A stretch of 64,000 nt of DNA, taken from positions 1,464 through 65,463 of the forward strand of contig JAJDCX010000016.1 in the NCBI GenBank assembly GCA_029260615.1. The letters are read 5' to 3'. Made by a program: the position numbers and the translations under genes. Positions within the stretch are counted from its first letter, which is position 1. The number at the start of each line of letters is the position of its first letter. This document shows, piece by piece, positions 1 to 8,652 of the stretch. The DNA comes from Phycisphaeraceae bacterium. Lineage in GTDB: Bacteria > Planctomycetota > Phycisphaerae > Phycisphaerales > Phycisphaeraceae. Below the pieces are notes generated by a model that was not told where the DNA came from, did not search any database, and worked only from the letters and a program-made list of their open reading frames with translations.

Positions 1-251
1 CAAAGCCTTCCCGATGCTTGGAGAGCCCGGCCCCCGGCGGTAGCACTCGCCTTCCCGACGGCAGGACAGCCTCTGCAAGCCGTTTCTCAAGGTTGAGATT
101 CGCTAGCGATCCCATCGGTTGGCCTTGTAAAGACCCGCACCAAAACCCCTGTACCAAGGCCTTTCGAATCCTAACCCGCCCCAGCCGTGATCGAGGTTTG
201 GCATGGGTTTTGTAGTAGTTATCCCGACGCTTTGCATGAAAGGGACGGGCT

Positions 252-668
252 ATGACACATGTACGCATCAAGATGCTGATCGCCGGGCTGGTCCTGATCG
301 CCTCCGTGAGCTACCTGGCGGTCGCCGGGGTCAAGAGCGGCTGGGTCTACTACCTGCATGTGGACGACTTCGTGCAGGACAGCACCTATCAGGACCGGCG
401 GGTCAGGCTCTTCGGCCTCGTTGACACCGAGAATGTCGAAGTCGCCCCAGCCATGCTGACCGCGAAGTTCGACCTGCAAGGCGAAAGCAACAGCATCCCC
501 ATCCACTACCAGGGCGTCGTCCCCGACACCTTCAAGCCAGGCGGCGAGGTCATGGTCGAGGGCAAGCTCGACGACGCCGGCATCTTCCAGGCAGACACCC
601 TGATGACCAAGTGTGCCAGCAAGTACCAATCCGAAGAACATGCCAAGCGGCTGGAGGAAGCCCAATGA
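252..668 (+). CDS. ccmE: Cytochrome c maturation heme chaperone CcmE, cysteine-type (CxxxY) variant
   Basis: 138 aa. N-terminal membrane anchor (LIAGLVLIASVSYLAVAG), then CcmE-like OB-fold segments (RVRLFGLV, GVVPDTFKPGGEVMVEGKL). The C-terminal heme-attachment motif reads KCASKY (Cys codon TGT 612-614, Tyr 624-626), where classical CcmE has HxxxY. AAGGGA box at 240-245. Stop overlaps the ccmF start (ATGA 665-668). Confidence 0.85.
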   Translation: MTHVRIKMLIAGLVLIASVSYLAVAGVKSGWVYYLHVDDFVQDSTYQDRRVRLFGLVDTENVEVAPAMLTAKFDLQGESNSIPIHYQGVVPDTFKPGGEVMVEGKLDDAGIFQADTLMTKCASKYQSEEHAKRLEEAQ

Positions 669-2791
669 ACGGTTTAATCGGCAACCTGAGCCTGGCGGTG
701 GCTGTGCTGACAGCAGCCGGGGCGCTATTTACCGCAGTCGCAGCGGCAAAGTTTCAAGACGACCGGATGCTTCGATGGTCCCGCCGACTGCTCTATCTGA
801 TGGGTTTGGCCATCACGGTCGGGTCTGCGGCGCTGATGTCGGCGATGGTTAATAGCGACTTCCACAACGCCTACGTCGCCAGCTACACCGAACGCGCGCT
901 GCCGATGGGTTACAAGATCGCCGCCTTCTGGGCTGGTCAGGAGGGCAGCCTGATGCTCTGGACGCTGCTGCTGGTGGGTATGACCGCCATCGCGGCGCAC
1001 GGGTTCCGCAACCGTGAGCGCATCGAACAGTCCGCGATGCTCGGTGTACTGGCGCTGGTCTGTGGGTTCTTCTCGGCGTTGATGCTGTTCGCCGCCAATC
1101 CGTTCGTGCAGCTACCCGCACAGGCGGTCGATGGCCACGGCCTGAACCCGCTGCTTCAAGACCCGTACATGATCGCGCACCCGCCGCTGCTGTTCGTTGG
1201 TTATGCCGGGTACACGATCCCCTGGGCGATGCTGCTGGCGGCGCTGATCGCGGGGCGCAAGGACAATCAATGGATCGGCGCGACACGCAAGTGGCTGATG
1301 GTGTCCTGGCTTTTCCTGACCGTCGGGATCATCCTCGGTGCCAAGTGGGCGTACATTGAGTTGGGTTGGGGCGGTTACTGGGCGTGGGACCCGGTCGAGA
1401 ACGCATCACTATTGCCTTGGTTGACCGGTACCGCGCTGCTGCACTCGGTGATGGTCCAGCAGCACCGTGGGATGTTCAAGATCTGGAACGCATCCTTGAT
1501 CGCCGTCACCTTCCTGCTGTGCATTTTCGGGACGTATCTGACACGCAGCGGCGTCGTGCAGTCGGTTCACTCGTTTGGGGAGTCAGTGATCGGGACGTTC
1601 TTCCTGGTGTTCCTGGCCGTGTGTGTGCTGCTGAGCATCGTGGTGGTCGTCATCCGCCGGCAACTACTTAAAAGTGAAGACACCGTGCAGGGGATGATGA
1701 CCCGAGAGGGCGCGTTCATGGTGTTGAACGTGCTGCTGGTATTGATGACGCTGGCCACGCTGGTCGGGACGATCTTCCCGCTGATTAGTGGTGCGGTGAT
1801 GCCCCAGCCCGTGACGGTTGGCGCGGCGTTTTACAACAAGGTCGTGATCCCGCTGTCGCTGGTTCTGTTGGCTGTGATGTCGGTCGGTCCGTTGCTGAGT
1901 TACGGCAAGGGTGCGGGGCAACAGTTAATCAAGAGCCTGATTGTGCCGGGCATCGCGGCGGCGATCTCGGTAGTTGTGGCTTTGGCACTTGGCATGACGG
2001 ACCTGTGGGCGTTGGCCTGCACAGTCATCACGGTCGTCGCGGTTTGCAGCGTCGGTGTCGGGTTGACCCGCAGCGTCCGGCAACGTCGTAAGATCGAAGA
2101 CGAGGGCCCGTTGACCGCTACCCTCCGAGTCATTGATGCCAACCACCGCCGGTACGGCGGGCAGTTCGTCCACATGGGCGTGGTCATGCTGATGGTCGGC
2201 GTCGCCGGCTCGAGCCTGTTCGGTGTCAAGCAAACCTTCCAACTCGCGCCGGGTGAATCGGCCGGTTTCAATGACGAATACACCATCACCTTCGGTGGGC
2301 TGAATCAAACCCGCCAGTCCAATTACACCTCGGTCGAGGCGCATGTGACACTGACGACGTTGGGCGAAACCGGGGATACCGGGGGGACCGGGGGAGCGGG
2401 GCAGACTTTGCACCCTGAGATGCGATTCTACGACAAGTCCGAACAGCCCAGCGCCCAGGTCGCGTTGAACTCGTCGCTTTCGCGCGATGCCTATGTGACG
2501 CTCGCCGGCTGGGAAGACGACGGCCAACTGGTAGCCCTGCAAGTCATCGTCAACCCCCTGATCGCATGGATCTGGATAGGCGGGATCGTTATGACACTGG
2601 GCGCGATATTCTCACTGCTCCCGAGGTTGGTCAAAGCTACCGCCCGCGCCGGCTGCCCAGCCACGGCGGCTAAAGATCAACCTCATGCCCACGCACCGGC
2701 CACGGTCTCCCTGGGGCTCGCCGGGGAGGGCCGATGCGAATCACAAATCCAAACCACAACCACCACGCAATACGCGGAGGCCCCGAAATGA
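665..2791 (+). CDS. ccmF: Cytochrome c-type biogenesis protein CcmF (heme lyase component)
   Basis: 708 aa polytopic membrane protein with the WWD heme-handling motif WGGYWAWDPVENASLLPWL. I chose the ATG at 665 that overlaps the ccmE stop; the ORF-track start at 611 would overlap ccmE by 58 nt. Confidence 0.9.
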   Translation: MNGLIGNLSLAVAVLTAAGALFTAVAAAKFQDDRMLRWSRRLLYLMGLAITVGSAALMSAMVNSDFHNAYVASYTERALPMGYKIAAFWAGQEGSLMLWTLLLVGMTAIAAHGFRNRERIEQSAMLGVLALVCGFFSALMLFAANPFVQLPAQAVDGHGLNPLLQDPYMIAHPPLLFVGYAGYTIPWAMLLAALIAGRKDNQWIGATRKWLMVSWLFLTVGIILGAKWAYIELGWGGYWAWDPVENASLLPWLTGTALLHSVMVQQHRGMFKIWNASLIAVTFLLCIFGTYLTRSGVVQSVHSFGESVIGTFFLVFLAVCVLLSIVVVVIRRQLLKSEDTVQGMMTREGAFMVLNVLLVLMTLATLVGTIFPLISGAVMPQPVTVGAAFYNKVVIPLSLVLLAVMSVGPLLSYGKGAGQQLIKSLIVPGIAAAISVVVALALGMTDLWALACTVITVVAVCSVGVGLTRSVRQRRKIEDEGPLTATLRVIDANHRRYGGQFVHMGVVMLMVGVAGSSLFGVKQTFQLAPGESAGFNDEYTITFGGLNQTRQSNYTSVEAHVTLTTLGETGDTGGTGGAGQTLHPEMRFYDKSEQPSAQVALNSSLSRDAYVTLAGWEDDGQLVALQVIVNPLIAWIWIGGIVMTLGAIFSLLPRLVKATARAGCPATAAKDQPHAHAPATVSLGLAGEGRCESQIQTTTTTQYAEAPK

Positions 2792-4020
2792 AACGCTTGG
2801 TATCCCTGATAGCAACGATTGCCGCTGTGTCTATTTTTACCGTGTCGATGACATTCGCCGCCCCTGCCACGCAGCCTGCCGATCAGGCACAGGCACAAGT
2901 CGCCCCTGCCACGCAACCGGCCGACGCGGCGATGCCGCAAGGCCATCCCGATATTCCCGAAGGTCATGCCGAGATGCCAGCGGGCCCTGCAGGGATGCCG
3001 GGGCACGCGCCCGGCACCAGTGCATTGGGTTCGATCGCCGTGAAGGTGACACAAGGCACACAAGATGGCCCAGCGATCTCGGGCGGCCGTGCGGTTATCC
3101 GCCTCTATGAGCAGGGCCGTTTGATACACACGATGCATACCGAACTGGATGCTACGGGCATGGCGATCCTCGAGGGGATCCCGCTGGGCTCGGTGATCCA
3201 GCCGGTGGTTGCCTACGAGTACGCCGGTGCGACGTATGAATCTATCGGCCAACCGATGGGGCCCAGCGACCCGGACCGGCTTATCAAATTGAAGGTCTAC
3301 GAGACAACCGACGTCGAGCCGCAGTGGCGGATCGCGATGCGGCATGTGATGGCCAAGCGGATGGATAAGCACCTGCACATCACCGAGGTGTGGGCCATCA
3401 ACAACCCGGACGACCGCAGCTATGTCGGTGTGGTCGATAAGTCTCATGAGTCACACGACCACGCGAAGGTTGAGGATGCACACAATCAGGGCCGTACTAC
3501 TTTGACGCTCCCGTTGCCTGCTGGTGCGATGCACGTCCAGCCCGGCAGTGGGTTCAGTGCCTGCTGTGTCCGTGTCGAAGGCGGGCGGATCATCAACACG
3601 ATGCCGCTGCTGCCTGGCGCTACCGAGTTCCGGGTGGACTACCTGCTGCCAAATGAAGACGGCTCGTTTAACCTGGCGCTGACAACCCCCGCGGCGACGG
3701 ACCACCTGATGATCTTTCTCCCAGACGATGGATCGCAAGTCACCGCGCAGGGCTTGGAGACCGGCGACCCGTTTAAGGCTGGGGAACAACAGTTCAGGAT
3801 GTACAGCGCTAAGCAACTAGAGGCCGGTGCGGCTATGAGCCTGGTGATCGAGGTTGGCCAGGCGGTGATGGAAAGCATCACGGGTGCGGCGGGCCCCACG
3901 TCACAGGCCGACACGATCAAGATGATCGCCGGCGGGGGCGCGGGGTTGCTCGTGCTGGCGGGGACGTTTGTGCTGCTTAAGCCCGCAAAAAGAACCCGGC
4001 CAGACGGTGCGGCTGCTTGA
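2788..4020 (+). CDS. Uncharacterised secreted, C-terminally anchored protein embedded in the ccm operon (Met/His-rich N-terminal tract)
   Basis: 410 aa from the ATG at 2788, which overlaps the ccmF stop (ATGA). Signal peptide MKRLVSLIATIAAVSIFTVSMTFA, duplicated PATQPAD, tract MPQGHPDIPEGHAEMPAGPAGMPGH (2932-3006). C-terminal TM helix GGGAGLLVLAGTFVLL followed by KPAKRTR. No CxxC, CxxCH or TPR motif seen. Confidence 0.7.
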   Translation: MKRLVSLIATIAAVSIFTVSMTFAAPATQPADQAQAQVAPATQPADAAMPQGHPDIPEGHAEMPAGPAGMPGHAPGTSALGSIAVKVTQGTQDGPAISGGRAVIRLYEQGRLIHTMHTELDATGMAILEGIPLGSVIQPVVAYEYAGATYESIGQPMGPSDPDRLIKLKVYETTDVEPQWRIAMRHVMAKRMDKHLHITEVWAINNPDDRSYVGVVDKSHESHDHAKVEDAHNQGRTTLTLPLPAGAMHVQPGSGFSACCVRVEGGRIINTMPLLPGATEFRVDYLLPNEDGSFNLALTTPAATDHLMIFLPDDGSQVTAQGLETGDPFKAGEQQFRMYSAKQLEAGAAMSLVIEVGQAVMESITGAAGPTSQADTIKMIAGGGAGLLVLAGTFVLLKPAKRTRPDGAAA

Positions 4021-4040
4021 ACTTAATAGCGTATTAAAGG

Positions 4041-4802
4041 ATGACCGACGTGTCCGCGATTACCGCTGAATCCATCATGCCCCTAGCCGACGCCGTAGCC
4101 GATACGGTAAGCCCGGCTGTGCGGATGCGCGGGCTGAGCAAACGCTACGACGAGCGGTGGGTGCTGCGCGATATCACGCTGGATGTGCCGACGGGGTCGT
4201 ACCTGGCGCTGCTGGGTGCTAACGGCGCGGGCAAGAGTACGCTGCTACACACGCTTGCGATGCTAAGCCCGGCGACCCGTGGCGAGCTGAGTCTGTTCGG
4301 TGAGTCTGCGACCCGGCCCAGCCCCACGCTGCGTGCCAGGCTCGGGATGATCGGGCACCAGCCGATGCTCTACCGTGACCTTTCGGCGGTCGAAAACCTG
4401 GTCTTCTTTGGGAAGTTGTATGGCGTGTCGCGTCCAAAGCAAAGGGCGATAGACATGCTCGAGCGAGTCGGGTTGGCCGACCGTGCTCAAAGTGTTGTCA
4501 AGACGTTCAGCAGGGGGATGGTGCAGCGGTTGTCGATCGCACGGGCGTTGATGCACGCGCCGGAGCTGCTGCTGGCAGATGAGCCTTTCTCGGGACTCGA
4601 CGTTCCATCGGTGCAGGCGGTGTCGGCTTTGCTTGCCGAACTACACGCCGATGGGAAGACCGTGATCCTCACCAACCACGACGTGCGTCAGAGTCTTGAG
4701 CTCGCGCAGCGCGTCGTGGTTCTGGGGCGCGGCCGTGTTGTCTCGGATCGGCCGGTGCGTGACGCCGATGTGGATGACGTGACCCGGGAGGTGATCGGAT
4801 GA
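4041..4802 (+). CDS. ccmA: Heme exporter ATP-binding protein CcmA (ABC ATPase)
   Basis: Walker A GANGAGKST, ABC signature FSRGMVQRLSIARAL, Walker B LLLADEP. Operon context. Stop overlaps the ccmB start (ATGA 4799-4802). Start is uncertain; alternative in-frame ATGs at 4077 and 4125. Confidence 0.85.
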   Translation: MTDVSAITAESIMPLADAVADTVSPAVRMRGLSKRYDERWVLRDITLDVPTGSYLALLGANGAGKSTLLHTLAMLSPATRGELSLFGESATRPSPTLRARLGMIGHQPMLYRDLSAVENLVFFGKLYGVSRPKQRAIDMLERVGLADRAQSVVKTFSRGMVQRLSIARALMHAPELLLADEPFSGLDVPSVQAVSALLAELHADGKTVILTNHDVRQSLELAQRVVVLGRGRVVSDRPVRDADVDDVTREVIG

Positions 4803-5476
4803 CCCAGGTGCTGCGACAGATCGTGTTGCTTAGCGGCAAGGACCTGCGTATCGAGGCACGCAGCCGACAGACGCTGGGGCTGGTCGCGGTGCTGGGCGTG
4901 TTGATCGTGGTGGTGTTGGGTCTGGGTTTAGGCCCCGAGCGGGTGAAGTCGGGGATGGCGGCGACGGCTGTGTTGTGGGTGGCGTACCTGTTCGGCGGGG
5001 TGTTGTGCTTCGAGAAGACGATGGCGGTCGAGCGTCACGACGGGGCCTTGGCAGGATTGATGCTGGCGCCGATTGACCGGGGCGTGATTTATGCGGGCAA
5101 GCTCTTAAGCAACTTGACGCTGATGTTGGCGCTGGCGTTGATCGTTACGCCGGTGGCGGTGGTGATGTTTGGTTTTGACTTATCAGCCGCGCCGTTTGGG
5201 TTTGCGGCGATCATGGCGGGTGGTTTTGTCGGGTTCGCGGCGATCGGGACGCTGTTCGCTGCGGCGGTCAGTTCGACGCGTTCGCAGGGGGGGCTGCTGG
5301 CGATCGTGGTGTTCCCGGTGTCGCTGCCGTTGGTGATCGTATCGACGCAGATGATGATGAGATTGTTCGGTGAGGGCGAGCCGTTGGGCGCAGTAGGCCT
5401 GACGGTGTTGATCGCGTTTGATGCGGTCTACCTGGTTGTGAGCTGGCTGGTGTTTGAGCTGATCCTTGAACCCTGA
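4799..5476 (+). CDS. ccmB: Heme exporter permease CcmB
   Basis: 225 aa, about 6 TM helices, lies between ccmA and ccmC. The FEKTMAVERHDGALAGLMLAP segment resembles the conserved CcmB N-terminal box. Confidence 0.8.
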   Translation: MTQVLRQIVLLSGKDLRIEARSRQTLGLVAVLGVLIVVVLGLGLGPERVKSGMAATAVLWVAYLFGGVLCFEKTMAVERHDGALAGLMLAPIDRGVIYAGKLLSNLTLMLALALIVTPVAVVMFGFDLSAAPFGFAAIMAGGFVGFAAIGTLFAAAVSSTRSQGGLLAIVVFPVSLPLVIVSTQMMMRLFGEGEPLGAVGLTVLIAFDAVYLVVSWLVFELILEP

Positions 5477-6192
5477 TGAGGCGGATTATGAACACGGTGA
5501 AATCAAAATTGTGCATGGCGTACTGGCTGGTGACGGCGTCGCTGTTTGCCGGGGCGGTTGTGATGGTATTTGTCTGGACGCCTACCGAACAGACGATGGG
5601 CGTGGTGCAGAAGATCTTTTACCTGCATCTTCCGGTGGCGATCAACACATTTGCGGCGTGCATGGTCACGTTCATCGCCAGCATCGGCTACCTCTGGCAG
5701 CGGCGTCAGGTCTGGGACGACCTGGCGGTTTCGTCGGCGAAGGTCGCGGTGCTGTTGTGCAGCATCGTGTTGTTAACCGGGATGATCTGGGGTCACAGCG
5801 CCTGGGGTCAGTGGTGGACGTGGAGCCCGCGGCTGACGTTTAGCCTGGTGCTTTGGCTGCTTTATGTTGCTTACCTGGTGATCCGTCCGTCGATCGAGTC
5901 GCGTCAGCGAAGGGCGTTGGTCAGTGCGGTGTACGGGGTGGTGGCGTTTCTTGATGTGCCGTTGGTGTACCTGTCGGTCAAGCTGATGCCGGATATCCAC
6001 CCGTCGTCGATCGGGCTGGCCCCCGAGATGAAGACGACGCTGCTGTTCTGCTTCTTGCCGGTGACGATGCTGGCGGTTGGCCTGATCGCGGCGCGGTACC
6101 GACTGCAGCGGGCTGAAACACTATCAATGCAAGAAGCGGAGGACCCGCCGCTTGACACGATCGCGGCCGACCCCGCGGGAGGATTCACATGA
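5476..6192 (+). CDS. ccmC: Heme exporter protein CcmC
   Basis: 238 aa membrane protein with a WWD-type motif WGHSAWGQWWTWSPRLT. Start overlaps the ccmB stop by 1 nt (TGATG). Alternative start at 5488. Confidence 0.85.
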   Translation: MRRIMNTVKSKLCMAYWLVTASLFAGAVVMVFVWTPTEQTMGVVQKIFYLHLPVAINTFAACMVTFIASIGYLWQRRQVWDDLAVSSAKVAVLLCSIVLLTGMIWGHSAWGQWWTWSPRLTFSLVLWLLYVAYLVIRPSIESRQRRALVSAVYGVVAFLDVPLVYLSVKLMPDIHPSSIGLAPEMKTTLLFCFLPVTMLAVGLIAARYRLQRAETLSMQEAEDPPLDTIAADPAGGFT

Positions 6193-6341
6193 GCCCGACC
6201 ACCCACGCTATCGCCGCCTACGTTGTCACGATCCTGCTGCTGTGGGGTTATGCCGTGACATTGTGGCTGTCAGTCCGCCGACAGAGAAACAATAACCAAG
6301 ACACGCCGGGGACAATCGGCGAGGGGAGTGACCTGTCATGA
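6189..6341 (+). CDS. ccmD: CcmD-like small membrane protein (50 aa, not in the ORF track)
   Basis: Hand translation: MSPTTHAIAAYVVTILLLWGYAVTLWLSVRRQRNNNQDTPGTIGEGSDLS. One TM helix followed by a basic stretch, as in CcmD. The ATG overlaps the ccmC stop (ATGA 6189-6192) and the stop overlaps the hemA ATG (ATGA 6338-6341). Confidence 0.65.
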   Translation: MSPTTHAIAAYVVTILLLWGYAVTLWLSVRRQRNNNQDTPGTIGEGSDLS

Positions 6342-7597
6342 CGATCATGCTGATTGGTTTGAATCACCGGACGGCACCTGTTGATATCCGTGAGCAGTTG
6401 GCTTTCAGTGCCGAGGGCGTTTCTACTGCGCTGATGCTGTTGCGCAACCAGTACCCTGGCTGCGAGGCGGCGATCCTGTCGACGTGCAACCGCGTTGAGG
6501 TCTTGACCGCAACCGAGCAGGATCACCCGACCGAGAACGAGATTATTTCATTCTTGGCGCAGGCCCGCGACCTCCCGGTGCCATCTTTTAAGCAGCACCT
6601 CTACCGGCTCAAAGACGAGCAGGCGGTGCGCCACCTGTTCCGCGTTGCGTCGAGCCTGGACTCGATGGTCGTGGGAGAAAACCAGATCGTCAGCCAGGTC
6701 AAGGCCGCCTTCGCGCAGGCAAGCGAGCAGGGGACGACCGGCCGACTGCTGAACCGTTTGTTCCACCAGGCTTTCACCGCCGCCAAGCGGGTTCATAGCG
6801 AGACCGAAGTGGGTCGGCGCAAGGTCTCCGTGCCGTCGGTCGCGGTGGATGTGGCCAAGAGTATCTTCAGCAACTTCGCCGACAAGCATGTCTTGATCGT
6901 CGGGGCCGGGGAGATGGCGCAGCTTGTCTGTCAGCACCTACGCCAGGCCGACGCCCGCAACTTCACGGTCACCAGCCGGACGCTGAACAACGCCCGCGTG
7001 CTTGCCGAGGCCTGCGATGGTTCGGCTGTGCCCTACGACCAACTGGATGAGCAGCTAGCCAATGCCGACATCGTGGTGACCGCGACCCGCTGTCCCAAGC
7101 CCATCATCACCCCCGAGCGGATCGAAGCGATCCAGAAGAAGCGTCGGCGTCGGCCGATGTTCCTGATTGACCTGGCGGTCCCTCGTAATGTTGATCCAAC
7201 GGCGGGAGATATGGACAGCGTGTATCTCTACGACATCGACGAGCTGGGGCGTATCGTGGCTGAAAACCAACGGCAACGGATGAACCAGGTTGACCGTTGT
7301 GAGAAGATTTTGGACGAAGAGATCGACGCCTTTGAGCGTTGGCTGGCGGAGAGCCGTGCCCGGCCACTGATCCAGCAACTCTACGAGGACGCACAGGTCG
7401 TCCACGACCGCGAGTTGGAGGACCTGTTCTCGGCCTGCTCGGGCTTGACGGATCAGCAGCGAGCCGCGATCCTTGCGGCGACCCAGCGGCTGGTCAATAA
7501 GTTCATGCATCCCTGTGCCTACGCGCTGAAGCGTCACAGCGGATCGGGAGCGTCCACCACGCTGGCCCAGACGCTGCACGACATCGCGCAGAAGTAA
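6338..7597 (+). CDS. hemA: Glutamyl-tRNA reductase
   Basis: 419 aa. N-terminus MTIMLIGLNHRTAPVDIREQLAF is the typical HemA signature. NADPH-binding VLIVGAGEMA. Confidence 0.9.
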   Translation: MTIMLIGLNHRTAPVDIREQLAFSAEGVSTALMLLRNQYPGCEAAILSTCNRVEVLTATEQDHPTENEIISFLAQARDLPVPSFKQHLYRLKDEQAVRHLFRVASSLDSMVVGENQIVSQVKAAFAQASEQGTTGRLLNRLFHQAFTAAKRVHSETEVGRRKVSVPSVAVDVAKSIFSNFADKHVLIVGAGEMAQLVCQHLRQADARNFTVTSRTLNNARVLAEACDGSAVPYDQLDEQLANADIVVTATRCPKPIITPERIEAIQKKRRRRPMFLIDLAVPRNVDPTAGDMDSVYLYDIDELGRIVAENQRQRMNQVDRCEKILDEEIDAFERWLAESRARPLIQQLYEDAQVVHDRELEDLFSACSGLTDQQRAAILAATQRLVNKFMHPCAYALKRHSGSGASTTLAQTLHDIAQK

Positions 7598-7617
7598 CTT
7601 TATATCGGAGCCGGTCA

Positions 7618-8652
7618 ATGAACCCGTCCGCGGAACCTGTTAGCCAAACTGTTTTAGATGAGTTGGACAAGCAGCTGCTCAATGGGATGCAGTTCGATTT
7701 CCCGTTGACGCAGTCGCCTTGGGAGACATTGGCGCAGGGCATGGGGCTCACCGGTGCGCAGGTTCTGTCGCGGGTTAAGAAGCTCAAGGAGACCGGGATC
7801 ATCCGGCAGATCTCGGCGATCTTCGACACCAAGGCGCTTGGGTATACCAGCACGCTCGCCGCTGCGCGGATCCCGGATGATCGGCTCGACGAGGCCGCGG
7901 CCGTGGTCAGCCAGCACCCCGGGGTTAGCCACAACTACAAGCGTGAGGCCGAGTTTAATCTATGGTTCACCCTGGCGGTTCCGCCGGGAGAGTCACTTGA
8001 TGAGCATATCAAACGGTTGGCCGAGGAAGCCCGGTTCGAGGACTACCTGGCTCTGCCGACGATCAAGACTTTCAGGATCGGTGTGAAGCTGGATGTCGGC
8101 GGTGATCGCTCGGCTAAGCAGGCAGATACCCCACCCGCTAAACACCAACACCGTAAGACGGAACCGGTTGCGCTGACCGAGGATGACCGCGCCTATATCC
8201 GTGCGTTGCAGGACGATTTGCCTTTGGTCGATCAACCTTTTGAACAGGCGTGTCTGGAACTGGGTATTGGGTTCGATGAGTTGAGGTTCTGGATGCAGAA
8301 GATGCAGGGGGCCGGTGTGTTGCGGCGCTTCGCAGCGATCCTGCGTCACCGCCAGGCCGGGTTCACCGCCAACGGCATGGTTGTCTGGCGTGTTGCCGAT
8401 GAACACATCGACCAGGCGGGCAAGTTGGCGGCACAGGCCCCGGAGGTAAGTCACTGCTACCAACGTCCTTGTTCGGAAGCTTGGCCCTACAACCTCTACA
8501 CCATGATCCACGCCCGCAGCGAGTCGGACTGCCAACGTGTCATCGACCACATCGCCGACGGCTTGGCCCCCTTGGGCATGACAGCCCACCGCACGCTCTA
8601 CAGCACCACCGAATACAAGAAGCAGCGCGTGCGATACTTCACACAAGACTGA
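7618..8652 (+). CDS. Fused siroheme decarboxylase, AhbA/AhbB (NirD/L/G/H-type, Lrp/AsnC-like) two-module protein
   Basis: 344 aa with two tandem modules. Module 1: LDELDKQLLNGMQFDFPL...GIIRQISAIFDTKALGY...HPGVSHNYKR. Module 2: DRAYIRALQDDLPLVDQPF...GVLRRFAAILRHRQAGF...APEVSHCYQR. This pattern is typical of Ahb/Nir decarboxylase subunits. Confidence 0.7.
   Translation: MNPSAEPVSQTVLDELDKQLLNGMQFDFPLTQSPWETLAQGMGLTGAQVLSRVKKLKETGIIRQISAIFDTKALGYTSTLAAARIPDDRLDEAAAVVSQHPGVSHNYKREAEFNLWFTLAVPPGESLDEHIKRLAEEARFEDYLALPTIKTFRIGVKLDVGGDRSAKQADTPPAKHQHRKTEPVALTEDDRAYIRALQDDLPLVDQPFEQACLELGIGFDELRFWMQKMQGAGVLRRFAAILRHRQAGFTANGMVVWRVADEHIDQAGKLAAQAPEVSHCYQRPCSEAWPYNLYTMIHARSESDCQRVIDHIADGLAPLGMTAHRTLYSTTEYKKQRVRYFTQD

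Noticed and set aside
2367-2400. Threefold ACCGGGG-containing 9-mer run inside ccmF (encodes GETGDTGGTGGAG)
   Set aside because: It is in-frame, short and imperfect. It is most simply a slippage-derived Gly/Thr loop in the periplasmic domain, with no evidence of a separate function.
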